NCBI GenBank assembly: GCA_046563655.1
Contig: CM102285.1
Coordinates: 11,098,001-11,162,000, forward strand
DNA from: Yuukianura sp. NJ FZ-2021
Taxonomy: Eukaryota
Length of the DNA stretch: 64,000 bases
Direction of reading: 5' to 3'
A program made the position numbers and the translations under genes. Numbering within the stretch: the first letter of the stretch is position 1; each line of letters opens with the position of its first letter. Positions 1-13,800 of the stretch are shown piece by piece. A model generated the notes under the pieces. It was not told the DNA's origin, did no database searches, and saw nothing but the letters and a program-made list of their open reading frames with translations.

Positions 1-1871
1 ACTTTGCTTGGTTAGGAAAAGTAAGAGAAAAAAAGTTGATTTTTCAAACTCTAACGGCTTGTAACTTACGTAGTTACTTGGAAAAAAAATGATTCAATAC
101 CGGAAATGGGTAAAGTCTTTTAGTAAAGTTGATTCATATGACGCAGGGGAATCCTTTTGCTTTTCTTTTGTGTTTGTGAGTGTAATATTGACTGAACTTA
201 ATTTCCGCCAAAAGGGCAGAAATAAAAGGAAATCAATATTGGAAATATTAGTAGGTCAGTGCGTTGTTCCAAGGAATTTTGAAGAGAGTCGTAAATTGTT
301 GTAAACAGTGACAAGTGGAGAGAGTAATTTATATTTGTTAAAACTCGATAGTTAAAGGCTTAAGTGTTTTCCAATTTCTTGGGAAATGGATGATTTGGAA
401 AGCTGGAGAAAGTCAGATTTTGGATTTCCTTGGTGGCGAAATCGATTGGGTAAATGCTCCATTTGTCAGTTTTTTTATAACCTCGTTTTTATTTTCCATT
501 TCCTTCATGTTATATTCAAAGGACTTTCGTGCAACGACCGATTTTCTATTTTCGAAGCGACGGAATTAACTAGAAAGTCGTCAGGAAAGAGAAAGGCAGT
601 GGACGGGACAACATAATTGTCGTGTTTTCTGTTTTTGTTTATTTGATTGCAATCTTTTGTTAGATTGATGGTTAGATTTTTTTTTGAAGAACACAACAAT
701 TTTGGTACAAGACAAGCAGAGCTTTTGTTTTGTTGTCAAATTAAGTGATTTTAGGACAGAGTCATTAGATTTTTAGGAACTTTTTTTTTTGTATGTATTA
801 ACCTTCGGATTAGGCTTAATTTTTGATAGGCTCATCAGATCAGATTGTTTTGTTTGTATTGGAATGTCTAATAGTTAGTAGGTTAAGTTAAAATTTTGAG
901 CCGTGAATCGGAAGTTCAATTGTCTGAATGATAAGGTTGGAATTGTGTTCTTTTATCAACATGGCACAGTTCATTTTAACATAAGAACTCTGTGTGGATT
1001 TAGTGGACGAGTGAATCAGAATGTGGACGGTGTGTGACTGGACTGACAGCGACAGACAGTTTGGTGCTTATCGTGCAGAGGATGGATGATGTTGGGGAAA
1101 GGTGGGAGGGAAGATAGAGAAAGTAGGTAGTGAATAATGTAGGATTTTATTTGGGGAGTGACCGGACTGACTGATTACGTTGAATCCAGGACACCTAAGG
1201 TGATCTAAATAATGGAACAGGAAAAGAGGCTACATTCAAGCGGAAGAACCCTCTCTTCTCTCCATATTTATTGATTTTAAAACTGACAATAGGAAAAAAG
1301 TAATGTAGTTGGAGCGAGGAATTACATTTTGGCTACTCGTGAAGTTGCAATTCGAATTCTTGTTGTGTTTTTATGGTGAATTGGATACGGTTATAGGGGA
1401 TTATATTTTTCAATATTCTCTGCCTCCAGAAAGTTCAGAAAGTTTTGCAAGTGGAACCTGGTTCATGTGATTCGAAAAAAGTTTTCTGGTTGGATGCAGA
1501 AGAAACTCATGTTCTCGGATTGTTGCCTCCAATATTCTTCTCGTTTCTATTTATGAAATTGTGACAAAAAAGTTGTCGTGTGAAGTATGTTTTATGCATG
1601 CTTTACGGTTGACGTGTTGATGAATAGTGGAATTACTTTTGGAGCTTTGTTGAGGTGGTAGTCGAAAATTTACCTCCATGGTTCAGTTGAAGTGAAAGAA
1701 AAAACGTGTTATTTTGGGCCCTAACTTCTGGTGTGTTCGCGTGTAGCACTATTTTTTGAACAAAAAATAAAGTAACCTGTGCATTAAAATTCTGAAACAG
1801 ACGCAGCGAAGGTCATTTGAAAAGTGGACGTAAATTTTAAACAGTTTCTGTCTTTGTGTGTATAATTTCAG

Positions 1872-4800
1872 GTGACTCGAGTACAGACAATGACAGCGTA
1901 GGTAATGAGGAAGGTGACCTGGACGACCAAGGTTCTAATAGTCCACCCGAGGGAGGAAGTAGAGAACGTAGCGGTGGTGGTGGCAGTGACCGTGGACGGA
2001 ATATCAACGAAACACCACCAACACACCTAATTCACAGCGATTCTAGTAGTACTGGCTCAGCTAGAGAAACTCCTCCAATGTCCCGACCACCAAAACTTCC
2101 AGAAAGAAACAGGTAATACGAATTCATGTCATTGCTCCACCGTTTGTTTAGTCGGTTTATCAAAAATTCGGTCCCGCCACCACAAGTGGGAACTATAACC
2201 TTAAAGTTGAAACCCATGAATTATTTTACATCAAATTACATTTAGAGCTTTATGGGTTTTTTGTACTCTAGAAACTGTCAGAGTTGGTTTGTGGAGAAAG
2301 TCCCTAGACTTTCCCTGGAAATGTTCTCTCAGGTGGGAAATTGGAGAAAATTAATCTGAGCGGTTTGAAACTACGTAAAAGAACAGTGTTCTGTGTTTGA
2401 CGTTTTGCAAAATCTATTTCTGACTAGGAGTGGGTCTCATTTGGGGCGGACTTTCTCCAGTTTTACCCAAACCCTATTATTTTAGCGTTTAAAACTTGCA
2501 AAGTTGGAGAAAAGTTGTCTTTTCTCTTTTCTGCTGTCACTTCCTTGGCAGTTTGTTTTGAACAATATGCAACACTGCCTAAAACTGTGTAAAAGTTGCT
2601 TTTGAAATACGCGGACACTTTGGCGGGACTTAAAATGAAGCTCCTAGGATTAGAGCAGTGGTGTAAAATTATTTGTAATTTGTGGCCTAATTTTATTTCG
2701 CATCATGGGGAGAGATGCCCTTTCGCCTTATTGAAGATAGAGGTAGAGGACGTAAGTTGTAGAAAACATTACCACAATTTCATAATGGTTTAAGACACTT
2801 TATTTTTGATGACCTTAGATTTGGGGACCTGATTTGTTTTTTTCAAATGGAAATGTATGGAAAAATTCTCGAAACCAGATTTCAACTGTTTTTTTTAACC
2901 AAGAATCAGGAGACGAACGAAATTTTATCAAAAGTTTTCGCCGACTTTCGGGTTTGTTGCTTCCAATGACGAAGTTTTTATTTCTTTGGTTTCAGTTAAA
3001 GTTAAAGAAATTTTTTTGTTGCTCTTAATTAGTTTTTGAACAGTCAAAATTTCCTAAAAACGAAAACGGGCATTGAGGAAATCCTCTTGAGGAGAGGATC
3101 CCTTTCTTGAGAAATGAGCATGAGCATGAACTTGAGCATGAGAGGCACATTTTATTTCGTTTTTGAGGATCAGAACTACAGCAAAGTTCGTGGATTCAAA
3201 GTTACGTGTTAGTTCTGAAGTTTATATAATGTTTTAGTCGTTTGGTTTGGGTAACAGGCCGTGCTTCAATGAAATATTGTTTAGCAGAATTCTTAATTGA
3301 ATTACATCTCCAACTCCAAGACCTAATCTGAAAATAAAGACTTTGCAAAGGAAACACGCATAGGGTTTTCTTCCTGCCTCAAAACTTTTTCCTCGTCGGT
3401 CGACCTTCTATTGTGTTATTGCAGTTTTTGTTGGATTAGAAACAAGAATTTAGCAAGGAAACATAGACGTAAGACGTAACATAGGCTTATGAGTGGAAAA
3501 AAGTTCTGTAAGGAAGCAAAGTGTTGGAGATGAGTTTTTCTCTGCAGTTGAAGGTCATTTATTCCTTTTTGTGGGATTGAATCGTGTTAAAGCTTTCTTT
3601 CTTTTTAGAGTGAAAGGAATGAGAAATAAATATTTTAAAGAGTTCTTGCGTTAGAATGCTGGAGTGAAAAGGAATCAGAAGAGAAAGTGGAATTGACAGT
3701 CGAATGGATGAGAATGTTTATTTGAGCAGGAGTGATTGATATGTTCTTTTTTCTGTTTGAATCAACTTAGAATTTGAAATTAATAGGATCTGTTTCTGTT
3801 CGATCTTCACTCTGTAGCTACTACTTTCACTTCGATTTCTCCCGTGTGCAAATGAGAACTTATACTTTCTCCAACCCAGACGAAACAAAGATTCATTGCA
3901 TGCAGAAGATCAAAGGAGTTGGAGTTGAAGGAAATAAGATACTTATTTGTATTGCTGCTACTTCCTCTAAAGATGAAACAACGTAGTAGACAAGTTTAAT
4001 CTGATTTGGAGGGACGGATATTGGCCTTTTGGTGTAATACGTTTTTGGGCGTTGTTGACATTTCACCTGTTGCTCAAAAAGAAACTCAAGGGAGAGACAG
4101 ACCTAGCCCACTAATTCAATTTTGTCAAGTGCCTTAAAAAGACTATAGTTTAGAGACACTTTTCTTCTGTTTAATAGTACAAGAAACAAGATAGACTTTC
4201 TTCAGAAGATAATGGATTGAATTTCTTTGTTGTTTTTCTTTTTGCAGAGTCTCAAACGGAGCCCCACAGACTGGTGGACTGAATTACTCAAACTTGGGCA
4301 ATTTAGCGAGTGGTGGACTGGGCTGGGAAGAACGTCCAGCCGTCCCTGTACCGGGAAATGACCATCATCGAATGATTCGTGGAGATGAAGGAAGAAAAGT
4401 CGCTGGACCACAGACGGCTCTGGACCATCATCACCACAACGCCCAACAGCAGTCTCAGCACCTTATCCAACGGTCCAGTCGACCCGAAATTACAGAACTA
4501 GTGGAGGCTATGCATAATTTACGAACACGTAAGGACCTGCGAGAATTTGAGCCTTGACGGTGTCATTTTATTAGATTCCTGGGTGAAATATTAAGCGAAT
4601 CAGGTCTTCGTAGCTTTTTTTTTCTGGGTCAGGAGCTATTACTTTTGTGCTGTGCGCGTCTGTTAAGGAAACAGAGGGATGGGAGAGCGGTGAAAAAAAA
4701 AAGCTGAAGAAAGTTTGGCTGCTGCTCTAGATACTCGCTGGCTGGTGAAAGTGTTTTCCTGGAAAAGTTTTCGCGTACTAAGCCGAGACTTTGGCTTTGA

Positions 4801-7800
4801 ATGACTGAAATATGGGGAAGTGGTGAAAGTGATCACTTTTATCTCTTCTGGGCTTGAAATTCTATCAAAGAAGCCCGTTTTCCTGTCACAATGTCACGGA
4901 ACATGACTTCTCTTCACTTTCCTAAGCCCAGAGTATTTGCTGACGTCATAAAATTCGCTGGGAGTGACAGCTTTCTTTTGCTTTGTTTGCGGGGATTACT
5001 CCATATTTTGGACAGTTAATTTCAGTTTTAATTAATGCAGAACGTTGATTTGTTTTTTCTGTTTTTGGGTTTAGAATCATCCCAAAGTAGTCAACCACCA
5101 GACGTGACCTCAACAGCCCAATCCAGAAGACTTGCACCAGCGGATCGTTTGAACCGATTCAGTCAAAAACGTAGTCAAACTTCAGTTGATGACAGTTCGG
5201 GTAAGTATTTAGTTAGCAAAGTTTATTTCAAGCGAGTGATTGTGCTGAATTTGAGAAAGAAAAAGGAGTTGAGACCGAAACTGGAGAAAGTTTTTTGGAA
5301 TCTATATGTGACTGAATTTGTAATTTGATTTGAAATCCAATGGAACTCCATTAAACCGTCCTGGGTCGTTGAGCTAAATAATTTTCTTGAACTTTTCTTT
5401 CTTACGGAAATTGAGAAAATCCTTGCTCCATTTTTCCGTAATTCAACTTTGCACCAGGCTCAACTTAAAATTGGGTTCGTAGAGTCTGGGAATCTGCGGG
5501 AGGGACACAGCACTCGTGTAATAAAAACGAAACGGATTTGGGAAATAGAGTTCGGAAGGTCCTTGAAGCAAGTCTTAAAAATCAAGCGATGGCGAAAGAT
5601 AGGATCGTGATTGCAAATTCAGTTACTCTACTAGTAGTCCAGAATTTTATATACGAAGGGACTTTGGACTTAAAAAAGACCAAGGTTTCGTAGGAAGGAA
5701 GTTCTAGTTTCAAGGATCATTTCTTTCTCAAGGAAGCTTTAATAACAATTTCTCTCATCACATTTATTACTCTGCACACACTCACTCTCTTGCTTTCGTT
5801 ATGACCCTGTAGGAACATTAACTGGAACTGGGCGCTGGAAAGTTTCAGCAAAAATTCAACAGTTACTAAATACTTTGAAACGACCGAAGCGCAGACCCCT
5901 ACCAGAATTCTACGAGGATGATGACATTGAGCTCGAAATGGCCGCCAAAAATAAGGATCCGAATGCTCCAAAACCAGAGGGGAGCGTCATGAGTCCAGCG
6001 ATTGGGGAACAAGTTGTGGTAATGAAAATCTTATTTTATTTTTAATCAGTTTTTGAAAAGCAGAAAAGAAAGTTTAGCCAATTTTGAAAATGAAGCGTTG
6101 TACTCTGAAAGTCAGCGCGGAACTTTCTGTTGATTTTGATGGAATTTGTTGAAAATTGAAAGAGTGAGTGGCGTTAATTGCCGAAAGTGTTGGTAACCCG
6201 TGTACTTTGCGTAATATCACGATGGAAATGTGGTTGATGGAAATTGTCAAATTGAAATAAATGAGAGATCCCTAGTCCAATTTTAAGTAGAAAGATGAAA
6301 ACGGATTCTTTTGAGTTAGAACTTACGACTCACGAGATGGGTCTTTGGGGAGGTTGATGATGAAACTTTCTTGTTTTTTTTTTGCCTACTTGTTCTTATT
6401 TTTACTTATACTTCCTGTGTATTTGCAGATTCCATCTGGTCTACCAAGGAATTTGGAAGCAGCTGTCCAGCGCTATGGATCTGCGAGTTTCAACAAAGCT
6501 CCAGCAGCGACAGTGTTGGATCCAAATGGGAAACTGACTATCACCCTTACATATGGTAAGGAATTGCGGAAATTGCCAAGGAAAAGTAGCAGAAGATGAG
6601 GACGAAGGAGGATTAAATTACTTTTTCTCCCAAAAGTCCATAAAGACTACCTTTAACTACTTCTCCGGCTCAAGATCAAGTATCAAATTCCGTACTATTC
6701 CTAGGGAGTTTTCACTTTTTGCAATATAACTCCCCCGAAAAGTCTTGGCCAAGTTGTGCGGTTAAAGGCTGGAACTTTCTCCTCTCCAATTCCCCCATGA
6801 TCTGTAGCCCTATTAAAGTTTTTTTTTATCTCGACCCCCATGGTAAAGTATTCTTTCAACTTTTCTTTTTCGATTTAGAAATTTTGGAAATGGAGGGAGA
6901 AAGTAATTGGAAGCGAGCGGAACAAAGCATTTGAATTTATGGACTAAGTGATCATTTAGTTGGATTTTCCGTTGATATTCCTTTTCTTTGTTTCATCCAG
7001 GGAAACTCATGAGTCGTGCATACAAAATTGCATACGCGTTGCTCAATAAGACTGGTCATCGAGGAGAAAGTCTAGTGAAGAGTGGAGATCGCGTCGCTCT
7101 AGTATATCCTAATAACGATCCAATAAACTTTCAGTGTAGCTTTTTTGGCTGTATTTTCGCTGGCGTGGTTCCAGTACCTATTGAAGTACCCTTGACAAGA
7201 CGGGTAGGTGAAATTCAGCCTTTTAATTTAGCTATGGGTTGATTGGATGAAATCAGAAATGAAATTGAAGGGAGTGTAGAAACTTGATCTGATTTCAAGG
7301 GTTGTGACTTGTGATAGAGAACTTTGCTAAACTTTTAACAACGGATTGCACTTTGAACTGGCAAAAGATAATGATTTTCAAAATATTTTTAGGATGCTGG
7401 ATCTCAACAGATTGGTTTCCTTCTGGGAAGCTGTAATGTACAAGTTGCCCTAACCTCTGATGCATGTTTAAAAGGTAAAATGAAAAGACAATTTAAAAAA
7501 AAAATCAGCTGGACTTTCATTTTGTTGACTTAATTGAAACTTTTTACTTTTTACTGATTTACCTTTTACTTTTTTAACTTTTTTAGGTCTTCCTAAAACT
7601 GGGTCGACTGGAGAAATAATAAGTTTTAAGGGTTGGCCAAAATTGAATTGGTTTGTGACAGAGCATTTGGCAAAACCTCCAAAGGATTTTACACCCTCGC
7701 CCCGCGTAACGGATGAAACACCGGCGTATATTGAGGTACTAATTGAATTGTAATTGCTGGTCTACTTTCACTAAATAACAAAAGTGACAAAAGAAATGCG

Positions 7801-10800
7801 ACATGATTGTAATGCAAATTGAATCGATTTGTTCTGTTGCTAAAGTACACGACAGATCGAGATGGAAGCGTAATGGGCGTAACAATCAATAGAGCGACAA
7901 TGCTAGCCCATTGTCGAAGTCTTACAACAGCCTGTAACTACACGGAGAGTGAAGTCATGGTTTGCGTTCTGGATTTTAAGCGTGAAGTTGGACTTTGTAA
8001 GTGGGGTATTGTGTATTTCTTTTAATTAACTTTTTCGTTGGGAGGTAATTGGGAATTGGGTTGAAGTGGGAATAGGTGACTTAAATTGATTCGGTATGAT
8101 TTATTGTCGTTCTGTTTTCCTAATAGGGCATGCAATTCTCACTTCAGTGCTGAATGGAATGCACGTCATCTTCATCCCGTATGCTCTGATGAAAGTCAAC
8201 CCCGCAAGCTGGATGTTACAGGTTACGGCAAAGAGAGGTAAGAAAGCCTCAAAGCGTAGAACTGACCTAGCCTAAAGGAGAAAGCGGAGACAGTACCGCG
8301 TTCCGCATTACGGAAGTTCCGGGAGGTTGCTAATATCCGTTTCTCCCGAACGACATTGATTCATTACTCTTTGAATTTTCTTATTTCCTTTCTTCTCTTA
8401 ACTTTAATTAACTTAATTAAACATAAGGAGAGTGAGAGAGAACACTTACGATCTTCTAAATCCGGCCCGTGCCCTTTGTAGTTTCTCTAGTCTATCTCTC
8501 TTTCTCTCCAGGCCTTTCTCCAGGGATTCATTTGAATTGCATACACTCCCGGATTCTATAGACTCCGAGACTAAACTTAGAACCCAATTAATTCTAATTA
8601 TAAGGCTAAAGTAATGGATGTGTATCTTCATCTTCTCAATCTCATCCCATTTCTTATATCTTTTGTACAGCGAGCGTTGCCATTGTCAAGTCAAGAGATC
8701 TGCACTGGGGCCTTTTGGCGACACGAGACCACCGAGATATCAGCTTAGCCTCCTTGAGGCTTCTCCTGGTCTCTGACGGAGCAAATCCCTGGTCTCTGTC
8801 ATCTTGTGACCAATTTCTATCCGTGTTTCAAAGCAAAGGACTTCGTCCGGACGCTATTTGCCCTTGCGCCTCGTCATCTGAAGTTCTCACCGTGTCACTT
8901 CGAAGGTAAGCACCCTAACCAATGTATTTTCGACAATGATTTCAAGTTCTTGACTTTCGAAGTTTCGTTTTGCAACGAATGTCGTCGAAAAAATGTTACT
9001 TGTTTTTGTAGACCTGGAAGAGCTGGCGTGAATGCAACCGGAAGAGGCGTCTTGTCGATGCAGGGTTTAAGTTATGGTATAAAAAAAATTACTAAATTTT
9101 TAGCAAAATTATTATCATAAAAATATATTAATAAGATTTATAAAATTAGGCGTTGTTCGTGTGGATCAAGAAAATTCGTTAACTTCATTGACGCTACAGG
9201 ACTGTGGGCAAGTAATTGTAGGAGGTACGTATTTCGTATACAATCCGTAATCAATTCTTGTCTCTAAAAAACTGGATCCAGTTCCAGCATGTTTAACGTT
9301 ATTCTGAATGTTCGTCACTTATTAAGTGATGCCTAGCGTTTTGTCCTATTAATTCTGTGTCATCCATAAATCCTTTGAGACAGAAAATTAATCTTTTGTT
9401 CTCATTTTGGCGACCTTTCACTTTCCTCCTCCCTCTTGTAACTTGAGCCCAGATTCATTTTTTTGGTGGATAAAAAACCAAAAAGTCTCGGTCGTCTTCC
9501 GTTTTTAGCTGATTCTATGATTTATACGAACGTTTTTCTCTTGTTCCTTAAGATTTATTAGAATTTTCTTTCGTGGGGAAAGCAAAGGGTTGGTTTCTCG
9601 TTTTTGTTTACACATGAGAACCAGGAGAGAAAGGAGGCCGACAAGAAAGTTGCTCAACTGCCTTTAGATGGAATGTAAAAGTTAATATCAGTATGATTTA
9701 TTATACTATTTTTTCTGTTTTCTTATAGCTACGATTGTAGTGGTGCGAATGGATGATCAACCGTTCCTGTGTAAAACGGATGAAGTTGGAGAGATCTGTG
9801 TCCATAGTTCATCTACAGGTATACAAATACTCACATTAGGTAATACTTTCGCAGTCTAACGGCATTTTTTTGAATTCAGGGTCCCATTACTGGGGGCTTC
9901 AAGGGCTTACGAACAGCACATTTAAAGTCCAGCCACTCCAGCCCGACGGAACGGTAGTTAGTGATGCAGAGTACGTGAGGAGCGGACTTCTTGGCTTCCT
10001 TGGACCCGTAAGTGTTTTCGTTTTGTTTGTACTTTATTAAGTAGCGAAGCTACTTATTGGTTTGACCTTGTCTGTCTGTCTGTCTGGCCGGCCGTCAGCG
10101 GCGATTATCTCGGGAACCGCTCAACATTTCCGGGATCTGTTTTCACCGGTAGACACCTAGTGACCCGGTGATGTTCACTATTGAATATCATCCCGGTGGG
10201 TCAACTCCTTCCGGGTCAAAGGTCAAGGTCAACCGGTTTCAACCCCGGTAACCTGGAAAATGACCTCTACAAAAGTTGTTCGCCTCATCGAGACCAACAA
10301 CTTTTGTGTACGTCACATGACCCCAAGTGACCTCCTCCCGGGTCAAAGGTCAAGGTGAACCGGTTTCATCCCGGCAACATGCAAAATGACCTCTGCAAAA
10401 GTTGAGAAACCCATCTCCGTTCCCCCGGGAGAAACCCATCTCCACTCCCCCGGGAGAAACCCATCTCCACTTCCCCGGGGGGAACCCATCTCGACTCTAC
10501 CGGTGGGAATCTATATCCACTCCTCCGGGTGGGGGCAGAAAAGTAAGGGGGCCACCCCCCACTCCCCCCGGTGGGGGGCGCTATCTTCGCTACTTACGTA
10601 CACCGGTTTACAACCGTTTATTTGTATTACTGTATCCCCTTTGTTCTTCTCTATAATGTTTAAGAGAGCATGAAAATGGGAAACTGTATTTTGTGACAGT
10701 ACTTTCGGAATGGCGGAAACACGGTTCCAAATTTCGGTGTGAATTTTACACGTGCTGAATAGTTTTTGGCTGATGGTGCTTGAAGTTTTAAGTCCTTTTA

Positions 10801-13800
10801 CGTTTCCGTACTGCTGGAAAGTTGGAAAAAGGAAAGTACTAAAAGGCTGTAGCTTTTCACTTGATCCTTTCTACCTACCTACCTTATTATTACTGTTGTA
10901 AGACTTTTGCTAGAATTCTGGATTCGGCTAGACTGTTTTAGAGATGAGCACTTGTACTGGGCTCCTTTCTGCCTTTGCGAGATAGAGAAAGAGAAAAGCC
11001 AAGGGGTTGTTGTGCAAAGAGTCGTTAGAATTTATGGTTGAGTGGTGACAGAAGCTTTTTACTTTCACTTGCTCCTAAACCAACTTTTTCCTTTTGGAGA
11101 AAACGTAGGGAAAGTTATTTTGATTTGCAATGTCCATAGCACTAGAGCCATAACAACTTCTGGCAAAGGGCTATTTAGCTATTCACTCAACTTTTTTAGC
11201 GTCTCGGGCTCTCTATGTGGCACTTTGAAGAAAATGGAATTATTATCCTTTGATGATTTTGGCAATTTCATCATGATGTGATGAAACGTCGTGATGTGTA
11301 AACTGCTTTCACACATTACTTGTGTCAATAGACAGTTCGTATGAGCCAAATGCAAAGGATTATGTACAATAACGTGTGCTCCACTTCTGGAAGTTGGGTG
11401 ATGATGGGACATATCCATTTCGCTAAAGAAAAATGACCAGAGGCCTGCGAAACTTTTGCGTGAAACTGGAAAATTTAGCTCACGTTTTTGCTAGGGCCGT
11501 TCTTTATGGGCAATCTTGGGTCTTGGTTGGCTGCTGCTGCAAAACTTTTAGCATTTTGTGCACGAGGAAAAGTTTACTCTCTGAATGAGTCTGGAGTCCG
11601 AATGTAGGTTATGTTAGGTTATTCGCATTTGGAATTGGGACAAAATCCTGCACAATGTGAGTTAATAAGATTTGAGGACCAACTTTTACGTTGTACTTTA
11701 TGGAGAAAGCCATGTGTATCTTGTATCTAATCAAAACCGACAAAACGTTTCGGGAAAAACTATTTAGCCGTTGTACGCTGTGAGCAGAGTAATGTCAATG
11801 TGTAAATGTATTTTTTCTGTTTTTATTTCCAGGGAGGCTTAGTCTTTGTTTGCGGATCGAGAAATGGACTTATGAGTGTAAGCGGGAGAAAGCACAATGC
11901 AGATGACATTATTGTAAGTTTCCCATTACTGTTGATTTTGTTTTTCTTTTGAAACTCGATAAACCAATTTTTTGTTTTGCTGTTACTGCTTCCCACAGGC
12001 GACAGTATTGGCAGTGGAACCAATGAAGTTCATCTACCGTGGCCGAATTGCTGTTTTCAGTATCAAAGTTTTGCGAGATGAAAGAATTTGTGTGATTGCG
12101 GAACAACGACCAGATTGCTCAGAAGAAGAGGTAAGAATGGATTCGAAACAAAACTTATTTTGTTTTCTAATTTTTTCTTTCTCGGTTTATTTATTTTCAA
12201 CTTCAAAGAAAACAAAAGCAAAATCGAAATAGTATTGCTCTAAGGCTTGAGAAATGAAAGAGAAAAGAAATGAAAAACTTTCATAAAATTCGAAGTTGAG
12301 TGAGTCTATTTTTATTGGAACTGAAGAACAATAGAAATAGAGATTTGTGAGTTCTTTAGTTGCCCAAAGAATGAAATTTGGAAATAACTATATATAGTAC
12401 TTTACGAATACGAAGCTAGTGGATTTTTTTAACATTGCTATTCTATCATTGTAGAGTTTTCAATGGATGTCAAGAGTTCTTCAAGCCGTGGATTCGATTC
12501 ATCAAGTTGGGATTTACTGCCTGGTAAGTTATTGCTTTGTTTTTAGATTTTCTTGAATTCTAAAATCTAGTTTTGCGTAGTAGTTATTTGATTTTCTCAC
12601 TTTTCTTTGACAGGTACTCGTCAACCCAAATTGTCTACCAAAAACAAACCTAGGTAAGTCGAGGTCGCTTTCTACAATAATATTCGTCTTTTAGAAACTT
12701 AGCAAAATACAACTTAAAATGATTTTATGGTTACTTTTGCCACAGGCGGGATTCATTTGTCAGAGACAAAACGAAGGTTTCTGGAAGGAACACTTCACCC
12801 TGCCAATGTTCTGATGTGTCCTTGTAAGCAATATTTTTTGCAATCTCTACATAAAAATAAGTACCATTTTTACGCTACATATTTTCTGGTTGAACAATTC
12901 CAGACACTTGTGTTACCAATTTACCCAAACCCAGAGAAGTGCATTCGGACGTGGGGCCAGCGAGTGTAATGGTGGGAAATATCGTCCAAGGAAACCGCCT
13001 TGCAGTAGCCGCCGGAAGAGATTTGGGAGTTGTAGATGAAGAATCAGATTCAGCAAAGAAAGTGAGTGACAAGGTGTCTCCTCAATTTCACTAACTCGTG
13101 TAGCGTTTTGGCAAGTCGCCTCAAAAGATGTAACTCTTTCCATTTTTTTCAGTATCAATTTATTTCTGAAATCCTGAAATGGAGGTCAACTTCGACATCA
13201 GATCACGTCATCTTTACTCTTCTAAACTCCAAAGGGACTGCAACCACATCTTTGACATGCTCTCAACTGCATAAAGGAGCTGAACGTGTCGCTTGTCTTC
13301 TTTTGGAACGAGCCAAGATAAATACTGGAGACCATGTAGCGCTGGTTTTTCCCCCCGGCATAAGTCTTATTACGGCGTTTTACGGTTGTCTCTATGCAGG
13401 TATAAGCTAATATATTTATTGCTAATACAATTATTATTATTATTATTGATACTTATTGATGTGAATATAATTACAGGAGCCGTCCCTGTTACTGTCAGGC
13501 CGCCTCATCCGCAAAATCTACAAACTACGTTACCAACTGTCCGTAAGTGACCGTAAGAATTTTCGAAAATCGTACTTGAATTAACGTTTGTCATATTTTA
13601 GGAATGATTGCAGAAGTTAGTAAAGCAGCGATTATTTTGTCAACTCAAAACGTCATTAAATTGCTCAAATCAAAGGTAAGCGCAAATATCGTAGACAGTA
13701 ATAATTGATTATTTGAGAGTTCCATGTTTGACTGGATGGTAAATAATTGGTTTCACAGGAGGCAAGCAATGTGGTGGATATCAAGTCGTGGCCTTTAACG

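Noticed and set aside
1..1871. Short ORFs in the first 1.9 kb
   Set aside because: Low-complexity AT-rich translations consistent with DIP2 intron sequence.
10386..10673. Pro/Gly-rich ORFs, or a CRISPR-like array
   Set aside because: These are translations of a 25-bp head-to-tail minisatellite with no unique spacers, in a eukaryotic intron with no cas genes.
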